Assembly (NCBI GenBank): GCA_051294905.1
Contig: CM119371.1
Location: forward strand, 22,942,001 to 23,002,000
Direction of reading: 5' to 3'
Length of the DNA stretch: 60,000 nt
Source of the DNA: Botryllus schlosseri
Taxonomy: Eukaryota
The notes below the pieces were generated by a model, which was not told the origin of the DNA, searched no databases, and worked only from the letters and a program-made list of their open reading frames with translations. The position numbers were made by a program, and so were the translations under genes. How positions within the stretch are numbered: the first letter of the stretch is position 1; each line of letters starts with the position of its first letter. Positions 1 through 11,172 of the stretch are shown piece by piece.

Positions 1-899
1 TCCTACTTTTTGATCTGTATTTAATCTGAATTTCATATCTAGAAGTCTCTCATTCACAATCGTAACCTTCCATGCCATCAAACTATCCGTTTGCTAGTAT
101 CCTGGTTCCGTTTTCTGATGTGACGATAAGGGGGCGCGAAATCATTCACCATCATAAAGGAGCCGTGTCTTAAAAAGTTTGAGAACCACTGCTCTAAGGT
201 AAATACTTCCTATATTGTTTTTATGTTTAATTTCTGGCACGACCATCTCAAGGCCCACGCAATTTGAAAGGTTTCAACTGCTAAACATCACAGAAATCGT
301 AAACGAGATGGACATAATTCGGATCACGAGTGTGATTTCAGATTGGCAACACCATTTTAGTGATGTGCTTAGAAAAAACGATTGGCGCGTGTCTAATGTA
401 GATTCGCTCTCTGTATGGTATTCATATTTTATCTGCAAATAGTAGAAACGTGTTTGTAGCTAACATGGTTATGATGCTGTCAGAATTGTGTGTACTGGAA
501 CTGAACCGAAAGTGGAATTAGTAAATCTATGAACAGATCGCTGCTCACAGATTTAAATTTCAATCCTGTTCTAAGAATCGGGACAACCGAATTTCATCTC
601 TATAGTTTTGACAAATTGATCATTGAGGTCGACCGGCCTATGAAATCTCGACACTGTTTCTGACGCGTGTCCGATATCATCAAAGAAATGGTTTGTTTGT
701 TTTAAATAAGCATATGCATTATCTCTATGTCCTCACTATAATCAAATACTAATATTGCTTTTTGATTTATGATCCCATCCATTTCTATATAGTGCGGCCC
801 ACGAATGGATTCGGATGTTGAATACGGCCCGCGAGCTCAAAAGTTTGCCCACCCCTGCTTTAACCCCTTATTGTGGTGTGTGAAAGCCATAGCCATAAA

Positions 900-1352
900 C
901 CTAGTACCTACAAAGCCTGCGTTGTTGTTTGTGGTCAGTGGTGCCACTCCTAAACACTGGATCTAGTGTATTTTGACTTGACCTAGTGCATATTCTTTCG
1001 AAATTCCGCAAATCTAGTGTTTTTTCACTAAAAAAATGTAACTGAGGACTTGTTTTTGATGTTCTTCAAATAATTTATACCCGAAGGCCTATACTTGAAG
1101 AGATAGTAATTATTATTTGTCTAAACTTGCCCATTTAGCACAATAGGACCAGTCCTATCTGTATATCTGTATAAAATTTGGAATTGCAACGGTTATCAAT
1201 GTGCAAAGAAAATGCTCTCTATACCCGTTGCTATTGTTATTAACATTTTAGGTCTCTTTATCAGGTGCTTTACGTGCTTGCGTGCGTGTTGTGTGTGTAT
1301 GTGGGGGGGGGGGGCGTGCCTCACCAGCCATGAACCTCACCGCACGTCACTG
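900..1352. mobile_element. Right part of an hAT-type non-autonomous element (same family as 16265-20662)
   Basis: Clear similarity to about 20230-20662. Ends in CCTCACCGCACGTCACTG, the inverse of the family's left terminus. Confidence 0.75.
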
Positions 1353-1693
1353 CTGTTTGGTGATATTGAATGATTCGCATGTATAATATACTAACTTTCC
1401 TCACTTTTAGCAGTTTCTGGTCGCATTCTCAAGTACCAGTACCAAATAGACGAAATCCCAATAGTGTGGTTACTTTACTATTCTTCGAAACTACAATGAA
1501 ATATCGGTTTTGGCCGTCCTAGTCTCGAGTCAATTACTTGGTTCAAGTCATGCGCAATGACTCGAGTCCAAGTCAAGTCAATACACAGATAGACTCGAGT
1601 CGAGTCATTCCTTATTTTGAGAAAATGAATCGAGTCAAGTCGAGTCATCAAAAAAATGGTGACTCTAGTCGGACTCGAGTCATTACAACCCTG
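1353..1693. mobile_element. MITE fragment with multiple GACTCGAGTC palindromes
   Basis: Repeated GACTCGAGTC/AAGTC motifs ending in ACAACCCTG. A reverse-complement relative lies at about 52045-52540. Confidence 0.65.
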
Positions 1694-1927
1694 CGCGCCA
1701 TCTTTAATTTAAAAAATATCGGTAAACTCCGGTAAAAATGCCACTTACTAAATAGTTTTCTGAAGCGACAGGCAAGCGACAGACACACCAATGTAACTTA
1801 TAGTCAAATATTGATGTCATGGTCACATCATAATTCGTCAAAATGGCACTGTGAAAGCAAAGCTATTACAACCACTAGTAGGCTACACAGGAGAAAAGTC
1901 AAAATAATTAGGGAAAAATTAGTTAAC

Positions 1928-2106
1928 CTTCAGATCATACGGAAAATCCCTAATTGCATTGTGACGCAGATTCAGATTGCGGAGATTTTTCATTGGCTTG
2001 AATGTTTTCACTCTGATTTCACTGATTGCGTTATAACTCAGATCCAACACTTCGACAGCTCCGAGCTCACTGAACGCAGACGATCGAATCTCTGATATGC
2101 TGTTAT
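1928..2106 (-). CDS. LRR-protein gene, exon 5 (donor position and downstream exons uncertain)
   Basis: Follows a 62-bp intron, acceptor ctgcag. Reads DNSISEIRSSAFSELGAVEVLDLSYNAISEIRVKTFKPMKNLRNLNLRHNAIRDFPYDLK. Confidence 0.85.
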
Positions 2107-2168
2107 CTGCAGTCACGATATAAACAAGAAAGTGAATAGCGGTTCTACGTCGCACTTTAGGTACCTAC

Positions 2169-2345
2169 CTTTCAACGTCAGCGTTTTAAGTCGTTTTAAA
2201 TCAATGAAAACACGACCAGGGATTATTTGCAGCTGGTTGCCGCTCAATGACAAATACTCCAAGCTTCGGAGCCCTCTGAACTTTTGTCTCGTAATTTTGT
2301 TGATGCTATTTGATGAAATATCCAGATGGATAAGAGAGCCCAAAC
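2169..2345 (-). CDS. LRR-protein gene, exon 4
   Basis: Acceptor ttccag, donor gtaggt. Reads GLGSLIHLDISSNSINKITRQKFRGLRSLEYLSLSGNQLQIIPGRVFIDLKRLKTLTLK (LxxLxLxxNxL pattern), phase 1-1. Confidence 0.9.
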
Positions 2346-2561
2346 CTGGAATGTTGGAATTTAACGGAATTAAAAACTAGTTTAAGTAGTTTATATGACC
2401 TGAGGTTACTATGACAATATACAGAATGGACAGTTGTACATCTGGCCCATGATACAATATGTGCCCGGAATCTTTTGTTGAAACAACACACAATAATCTG
2501 TAGTTTAAGACATCGCAGCTATCTAAATACTTCATTTAGCATGGTAATTTTGTGGTCTTAC

Positions 2562-2717
2562 CTTCAAATGCCCCGTCCTCGATAACGCCAATTCGGTTCA
2601 TCGAAATATCAATGGTTTCTAGTAGTGAGTTCGGCTTGAAAGTTCCTGCTTTCAAATGGACAAGGAAGTTGTCTTCCGCTACAAACGTCGTCAGTTTTGA
2701 GAAATGTGAAAGCCCGC
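2562..2717 (-). CDS. LRR-protein gene, exon 3
   Basis: Acceptor attcag, donor gtaaga. Reads GLSHFSKLTTFVAEDNFLVHLKAGTFKPNSLLETIDISMNRIGVIEDGAFE, i.e. 24-aa LRR repeats, phase 1-1. Confidence 0.85.
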
Positions 2718-2949
2718 CTGAATATATGATAACCCTAGTTGAGATTGCGTAGCATTTTCAAGACTACAAATCCCTTTAGCATGTACCTAACGTCTTTCAC
2801 AGAAGCTCACTAAAAAATTGAAAATAAGCCGCCTAATTAAGACCAAGGTTAGGGAAATGACTTGCAATTGGGGCAAGCATGGACCACTTAACAATCTAGT
2901 GTTGAAAAATATTTTCTCAATATTCTCTTTCCGCATAGTCACATGACCA

Positions 2950-3380
2950 CCCATATAAAACAATATCAGAATGTGATTCTGGATTTAGTGATAAAACCTG
3001 CATGCTGCACTCCACAAAATTTGTCGCGAAGGAATCATCAACTGTACTGCGACTACAAACTGGACACTGTAAATTGAACTATTCTCCCATCGCATGAGTT
3101 GTAATGACAGTGGTCTCTGCGAAACGTGCAGCGTACCAGAAACTGTCGAACATTTCCTACTGACGAGTCCTCGATACGATCACCAGTGAAAATTTTTAAA
3201 AAATGTAGCTGAACATAGCAGTGTAAGCTTCAACTTGGACTGTCTGTAGACTGATCCGCGTATGATTATTCCGGTCGTAGAATTTGTTGTATTTGGTAGA
3301 CGCATCTGATTTAACTATATAGCTTCCTCGGGCCTGGTGCACAAGACCTTAATAATCGAGCACCATAAAACCCCTTATAC
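2950..3380 (+). mobile_element. Decayed 3' end of an I/Nimb-like LINE
   Basis: Frameshifted translation RLQTGHCKLN...HRMSCNDSGLCETCSVPETVEHFLLTSPRY resembles the C-terminal CCHC knuckle of I-group ORF2. Boundaries are approximate. Confidence 0.7.
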
Positions 3381-3386
3381 ATATAC

Positions 3387-5315
3387 CAGTGGCGGCTCGT
3401 CCTATAAGGCAACTGGGGCATTGCCCCACCTAAAATTCTGTTCAATAACAATTCTTTACAATTTATAGACGCACACCAATCTATATATACCGAAATCACA
3501 GCGAAAATGGTATTCTTCTTGTCCTTTCGCTTGTAAATGCCCATATATAGCGAAGTCGCTGCGAAAATCGAATTCTCTTCTGTGTTTTCGCTTTGCGAAT
3601 GCCTAGCCGGGGCATGCCCCGGTAGCGCTCATAATAAGCTTTCACTATCTATTCTCTCAAAGCCGCGCACAATAAAGAAACGGTGATTTACTCTCTTCTA
3701 TTCATAAATTACCGAGCAACCGGGGCACAATAGCTCTGTGCCCCTAAGGTGTGATGTAACAATCGTACCTATAGCTGAACTCGGTTACCGTCATATGCGT
3801 TTAGTCGACCTTTGCAGGTAGAGGTCGATTTTGATGGTGTTTCACACCATGAAAACTCTTGAAATTTGGTATGTTATGTCGTGATTGTGGTATTTAACAC
3901 TGCCCCAAGTTTCAGGGTTTCTGCTTAACGTTTAGGGTAGTAATTCCGTTTCCTAACTTGAGTGTGCGCTGATCCGTCATGTATCGCAAACAGATTTTAC
4001 TCAAAAGCCAGTATTGGTATGCATTGATTTGGACGATGTACAATACTGAGATCGGTTATGACATTTGGCACGGTAAGTCTTAATGTTAGTATCGAACGCT
4101 GTACCAAGTTTTAAGTTTGTCACTGAACTGTGTTAGTAGAAATTTCGTTTCCTAATTCGAGTGAGAGCTGACATCGTCATTTATCGCTAACAGATCATAC
4201 GCAAAGCCGGTATTGGTCTCTATTGATATTAACGATGCTCCTTACCTAGATCCGTCATAAGCTTTCGCACGGTATGTCTAGATTTTAGTATCGAACGCTG
4301 TGCCAAGTCTCAAGGTTGACACTCAATGATTAGGGTAGTAATTACGTTTTCAAGGTCGAGTGTGGTAGAGATGTGCTCCGATCTGACCCTTACAACGCAT
4401 TGCGGATTTCACGCAAAAGCCGGTGTATCTGCGGTAACGTTAACTGAGATGATGATATCATTCTCAGTTTGCATTCAAATATTTACTTTGATATTATATT
4501 CTCCAATGTCAATTTCACCGTGAAATTGTGGCGTTCAAGCCATTTGCTTACAACCCCTTGTTAAGCGCGATAGCTATTTCGTTTTCGATGGCGGCTAACA
4601 GCTGATCACTTGATCAGCCTATTCCTCAGTAAATTTTACGCAAAATTCGGTGTTGGTCTGTTCGCATTAATTTTGACAGTGTACCATACCGAAAAGGGCC
4701 ATGAGGCCACTTCTCGATGATGTCATGTAACAGTGTACTAAGTTTAAGGCTTTCATCCACGTATTTATTCGGTAATATATTTTCCAATGGCGATTTCGCA
4801 GCAGACCTATAGACAGTAATAAAGCCGTATGTGTCGTGTTACAGTCTCCAGTTTCAAGGCCAAAATCTCCTATGCTGTACCGAGACCGAAGTTCCAAGGC
4901 TGCTATTCTTAGTTCTTCAGAATGATGATTTGGATTCAATATGACAGGCCCAATCTATGAGATAACAATTGCGTATCTGTCCGAACTCGTTGACCTTTCC
5001 AATTAGGCTTACGCTATCTCTCGAGGAATAGTCATTTCCATTTCTGCAGATAATTAGTCAGGTCTAGTGCGAACATGAACCGTGTTGAATCTTTGTTCCG
5101 TACGCCGTTTACGCAGTTACCACACTTCAAGTCACAGCTCACTGGCGGACCTTTCGTGGCACATACGTTAAAATCACTGTTGCCGGGAAATTCATGTTAC
5201 CGTACCATCATTAAGTTACTTGTTTACGTTGGAAAACGCCATTGTGACGTCATCTTGATAAAAAGTCGCTTGCAGCCCTTGCCCCACTACCCGATATTGT
5301 CACGAGCCGCCACTG
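3387..5315. mobile_element. hAT-type non-autonomous element
   Basis: TIR CAGTGGCGGCTCGT...ACGAGCCGCCACTG. Flanks ACATATAC/ACATATAT (7/8 TSD). Confidence 0.85.
3710..5170. repeat. Diverged ~200-bp tandem units with a CCAAGTTT motif; possible non-autonomous Helentron/HINE-like insert
   Basis: CCAAGT(T/C)-centred blocks recur at about 3901, 4101, 4301 and 4501, with weaker copies at 4736-4890. Confidence 0.5.
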
Positions 5316-6168
5316 ACATATATATATACATGCATGCTGATATCATGATGTCATGATATCAGAGTCATACCAACTGTGTCTTGGTTCGATATCGCATCGC
5401 ATGCTATCATTGTCTTCTAATGTAAGTATACGTCACGATCATCCGGCATGGTCTCTCAAGAATATTCAAGCCCCATTGAGTTTTCAATTTTATATAAATA
5501 CTTTTATGAGAATGGGTTAATTGTTGAAATTTGTTTTAGGCGGATGTGTTTAAAACATGTTTTGTGGAATGAAATTTGAATGGAACCCATAGCTATGATA
5601 TGATTGATTGAAGTCATTTTGCGAAAATTGTATCCCTAACTCACTCAAATGACATTTCATATGCTTACCAAAATTTTACCAATCACAATAGTAGCCTAGC
5701 TAGGGATATTACACCAATCTGTGTGCCGGTATATCGCAGTAAACAGAATGGCGAGCAGGAAATATATAATCTCTTCCATCCAGCGTTTGATCAAAATTGA
5801 ATAAGATATTTGTTGACAGGTTTAACAATATCGCACTAGACCTGTTTGTTTGCTTTGTAGTCGAAATGTAAATTTAAGATAATGTGTAGACGCCCATATT
5901 AGCATCACAAAACATCAACTAATGCGCAGGTGGACTTGTATTTGTTCAGAAGGGAGAACAAAAAAGATGTCATACGATAAGTATTCTACACATATGTACG
6001 TGAAATATAGTTCGCCTACGGAACATATTGTTCAGACTACACACACTCGACATTAAAATCAATATTGTTGTTGAAGTCATACGATGTGTAACCATACAGG
6101 CGATCAAGCATGCTGGTTCTGTTACCTCTTTGTGCTCCGCCCAATTGCGATTTAATTGTTGTCCAGTT

Positions 6169-6438
6169 CAGTGGTTCTCTAACTATTATTAGACACGCAC
6201 CTCTCCCTTTATGATACTGAAAAAGTTAGTGCCCCGTTATCGTTGTATCACAAAATGCAAACAGAATGATAGCAATCCCAACTGATGGTTTGACGGCATG
6301 GAAGGTTATGACTGTTCATGAGAGAATTCTCAAAAAAGAAATTCGGACTTCAGACAGAGCGATAAGTATGAAGCCGCTGACTGACCGCATATTCGCACCC
6401 CCTTCAGATGCTCGCGCCTGCCAGTTTTAGAACCACTG
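6169..6438. mobile_element. hAT/Charlie-type MITE
   Basis: TIR CAGTGGTTCT...AGAACCACTG. A related inverted copy ends at about 191. Confidence 0.75.
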
Positions 6439-7449
6439 GTCTATTCGACATCATGATTTTGGTTCAAATATATAAGAAAGTCTTGAAAAAATATTTTCTT
6501 CAAGTGTATCATGTAAAGGTTAGTCTTAACTACTATGTCTATGCAGTGTGGGCTGCGTAAGCGCGTCAGTGGCCACTTGCAGCGATACGGATATAACTCG
6601 GCACACATTCAAGTGCCCCATATTTGGTCCACGCCCACTTAGCTTATAGATAAACGTACTTATTTACTTACATACCAATCATTGCGAGGGCACAACATGT
6701 AGAGTAAACCCACGTATTGAGCATCGATAAAGCAAGTGCCAAGCGCGTGTTATGCCTCGATAGAAAACAATTTATTAATCATCGACACCGTAATGGTTAG
6801 CATTATCGGCACCTCAGGCGCGCTACATAGAATTGAAATGTCGATTTTAAAGGATGTGTTTGACAATAAAGAAGCTTAAATATAGCCCATAACATCTTCA
6901 ATGTTCTGAGAAGTATTCACGAATAATTTAAGTTGGCATAGGTTGGTTGTTATGATTCGAATTGAATAATTCTAATCATCACTGCGTGATTAGCCTTCAT
7001 GTTAGGCAACTATTCCATGTCTTCCATGACCTGCCAAACTCATGTTCATGTGTTTTCTGACTAAGTAATCGTATCATATTCTCTCATGATTCTATAATGT
7101 TGAACAATGATAGATTGGATTCGTATTGAAGGTTCGTCGTTATTTAACCGACCTATAGAACGTAAACCATTCGAACATAGAGTTGGAAGTAGGCAGAAAG
7201 AGTTATTGAGTCTCAGGTGACGAATTTAAATATTTGAATTGGCAAAATAAAATAAACCTAAACTATACTTCGACATTGTCTGAGTTACTGTTCTACATGG
7301 CCTAACCTTCCACACTATCAAGCATATCATATCAAAATCACACCCATGTATCCGTTTTTGGCAAAAGTTGCAACACCAAATTATAGCTGAAACGTATATA
7401 GCTGCAGCGGAGTTTATTGCCAATGCTATTTTACAAATGTTCTACTCAC

Positions 7450-7646
7450 CGACTTCTAAAGCTAGCAGCCGACTGTCGTTGATATAAAGCGTTTTTATTT
7501 GGTCGGCAATATCGGAAATATCAGAGTCCATCATCCTAATGTCAGATGTGTAATTGTATCGCGATCCGTCGCACCATAACGTTGGTCCGCTAGATTCGAG
7601 CATGCAGTGCGGAAATCGTGCCGGATCTTGATTTGCACTCCCGCGT
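7450..7646 (-). CDS. LRR-protein gene, exon 2 (Cys-containing N-cap and first LRR)
   Basis: Acceptor ttaacag, donor gtgagt. Open frame RGSANQDPARFPHCMLESSGPTLWCDG...QIKTLYINDSRLLALEV, phase 2 to phase 1. Confidence 0.8.
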
Positions 7647-8301
7647 CTGTTAAATCCAGATGTGTATAATTCTCAAACGGTCACCGTTATTGGCTTCCCT
7701 GTAATATATAGTGGCTGAACCGTAACAAGCAATGACTATTGTGCATCATATAGTTTTGATATCTCCTCTTGGAGCTCTATCAATGCGTGTAGGCTTGAAG
7801 GCTACTTTCAATTCTGGAACTGACCATTTATCAACTAAATGCACGTATGACGTGACAATAACGAAATCTAACCCGGATACTTCTGCTACGGCGTCACAAT
7901 AACGAAGTCTAACCGCGGCTTTTTGTTGATAGTCATTCAAAAGTAATATTAAATTGGTTTCTCATTTCTAGATTAACTTCACCATCTCAGCAGTGGATCT
8001 ACGTAACATCGTGGTAATTGATGGCATGAGTCGAAGTTGCGATTGTCAAATAAGGTATATATCAGTTGGCGTGGGGTTGTGTATACTAGGGATGATACGA
8101 ACCCCTGAAAGTTCGTGTGAACGTGAGCCTTTTTGAAAGGTTGTGAGCGAACGTGAACGTATGACGTCACCTGACGTCATATTATTAATACCAACCTACA
8201 TTTTGGTGAAGTGATATAATAATGTAGTTGTAAGGCAGGGGAGGCCAACCTGCGGCCGCAGAACGAAATTCGTGCGGTTCTGTACACATAATGTGATAAT
8301 G

Positions 8302-11172
8302 CAGGGGTCACCAACACGCGGCCCGCGAGGTCATATTTTGCGACCCGCGGCCTGATTTGGAAGAAATATCGGCAGAACGCTCAGTAAACCATTTCCAAAT
8401 GCCGAAATTGATTTCATTTTAAACATTATGTTGTTCTCGTTGTTCGAAGTAAGCCATTTTACTGTGCCCACTATTCCTTCGGTTCGGCATGGTAATATCA
8501 TTCTATGAAGGAGGAATTTGCTGATATGAATGGGCATTTGGCATATTGCCTTGATGTACAATGGCCCACCACTGCCAAGACCGGGACGATTGATAAACAA
8601 CTTCGGTCTCTCCAAAAGACCATTTTACGAGTATATAGATATAGTTTTCCAGCAAATAGGCTACCGCGTCTATTACTAACCAAATGTCGATTCTGTAATC
8701 CAGGGGTGGCCAATCTGCAGCAGTAGAATGAAAATTATGCGGCCGTCGACACTTAATTCAAAGGATGTGTTGGCGGCCGTCAATATTATAAACATTTAAT
8801 TTACGAATTGACTCCCTAATTATTGAGACGTATGAATCATTCTTGCAATTTTCTTCGCGCTTGGCGCGCTTCAATGCGATTTGATTTTGGATTTTAATAC
8901 AGTAATGTCCTTTGTCATTTCAGTCCCAGAGATGCGAACAACCGAGAAAAATGATGCGCCGCATAAAAAAATACCAATATTTAATCATGTTCTCCTCATC
9001 CCCATTTTTTTTTGGTAGGCCTGCGTTTGGGGGAATCCAATATATTTCCACTATACCGACAATTCTCATATGAGGTCAAGAAATAACTGCATGCAACAAA
9101 GGGGACTAATGAGAATTGACCCACCCAAAGATGCAGCACAGCATTAAGAACTTCTTTAAGTTCTTGAAGACATCCCCTACATCAATTCTACCGGTGAACC
9201 TGATGATATAGGCCGAGAAAGGATAAATATTTGATAGTATTATGTGAAACTATACTTATATTTAATGACGAAATTCACTCATGAACATGAAAAACTTTTC
9301 GCACTTCGCGCGACTACAGAATGAATCCATGTCGCTCTTCATAACATGATTATATTTACGGTTCGGTGCGCATAGTAAACCGATATGAGTATATAGATTA
9401 GTCCGTAGTGCACCGGCAATGCACATGGAGATTTAACGTGGATATTGGCCCCAGTTAGTTCATTGCCACTATGCACCGGAATGCAGTCGCGGGCTACATG
9501 AGTAATCGAATAGCAAAAAGGTAGGCCACGCATACCGCCCCTGTTTTAGTCGCTACAGAGTGTTATTGTCAGGTATCGTGCCTTGTGCGCAGCTCATAGT
9601 TCAAAATATAATGAAATTGATGATCAGTTTTTTTGTTGTATTTGTTTTCGTTCAATAATATATTACACTGGTCAACACATATTTTTAGGCAGACAAAGTA
9701 AGAGTGGTTTTGGGGGTTCTGAAGGACACTGATTCCGAATATGACCTTAGTTTTTTTCAAATTGGCTCTTGTTGTGGAGATAACCAATGGAGCTATTTTG
9801 ACCAAAATCTTCGATTTTCGCGGTATTTACTAGATTTAAAATCGGTTTAGTCGTACTATAAAGTTTAGAAATTCAATCTACTTGTTATTTTTACACACAG
9901 AAGACTATATTAAATCAAAATACAGCAACAGCACTATATTTAGGGTTATTAGATTTATCATAGTTACATACTTTCACGTATATTATGTACATAAATAGAT
10001 TGCAGTCATGTGTATAAGTATTTACCTGGATACTCAAATAACGTGGCATTAATTCAATCAGTTTTAGGTCAACCACCTATTGTAAATTTGAAATAATCAG
10101 TTGGAATACAATATTATTGATATATTTTAAATCGAAATTGATTTTTCGTATGATTTTCGCCTGCAAGCTAGTTAGTGCAGTTTCTCGAAAGGTTCCGGCA
10201 ATGGTTTGACATAATATGTTTAATGGTTCATCTCATCTGCCCTGGTATCTTTCTATTGTTGTTCTGATGTCTTGGTAGAACCCCCTGCTTATAAACAAGA
10301 TGCTCGGGAAATATATCAAGATGACTGAACAGGAAGTGAAGATCTATGCTCATGTTTATTGCTAGTTTTCGATATGCACATACTAATTTTCGGACCAACT
10401 GTTTGTAGTTGGGTGCTTTGTGATCAACAAAAAAGATTTATTTACTACATCTTAGGAGAAATTACATGCTGTGAACTCCTCCTAATGTGAAATTGGAATC
10501 TTTCATCGGTATTCGAAACTACCAGATATAAGCTTCTCGTTTGATAGGGTTACTTGGTATACCCACTTTGTTGACTCAGTGGAAAATTATCCATTTACCA
10601 GTCAAAAGAAATGAGACACACATGAGTATTGTAGTTAAGCCTTTCAAGGACAAATTTTAAAGTTTATACTCCTCTTTAATCTTGGTAGAATGAACAATTG
10701 ATACACGAGAAGACGAATTTCCGTTTTTCAAAAGTACAATTTTTAGGCTTGAAAACTGCTTTTTTGACAAACAAATATTTCGCATCATGCCATGTTAATT
10801 TTGATAGAAGGATTGAGAATGAGATGAGGGTTCGTAATAGTCAAATAGCCATTTATGCGCAGTATAAAATTAGAAAAAAACTACGATTTTCTTCCTACCA
10901 AGTGAAATATTTAAAGGTAAATACAGTACTTTTGGGCTTTTTTAGGGGTATAAATATATTCTGACAGACATCTGATCCGACAAAACTAATGTGATATTCG
11001 TAATCAGCAACCTCAATAAAACCCAGAAACGGCTCTCAGCTGTTCTGCCTAAAAAAATTGTTTCATTTTGTTGAACAGTGTTATTTTTGCGTTGTGACTA
11101 TGCTCGTGGCTCATGTTAGAGAGCACAGCATTGTTATGCGGCCCGCGACCCATTTTGTGTTGGCGACCCCTG
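8302..11172. mobile_element. Nested hAT/Charlie-type MITE containing further insertions
   Basis: TIR CAGGGGTCACCAACAC...GTGTTGGCGACCCCTG. Flanks TGATAATG/GGATAATG. Confidence 0.75.
9666..11080 (-). mobile_element. Chapaev3 (CMC) transposon deletion derivative, copy 1
   Basis: Termini CACTG...CAGTG with TTA on both sides. The minus-strand remnant MSIDLHFLFSHLDIFPEHL...FYQDI...ERYQGR matches the Chapaev3 transposase C-terminal motif. Confidence 0.85.

Noticed and set aside
1749..1848. Further LRR-gene exon (AILTNY...HWCVCRLP)
   Set aside because: It has AG/GT boundaries but needs an alternative upstream donor and does not join any downstream exon in phase, so support is insufficient.
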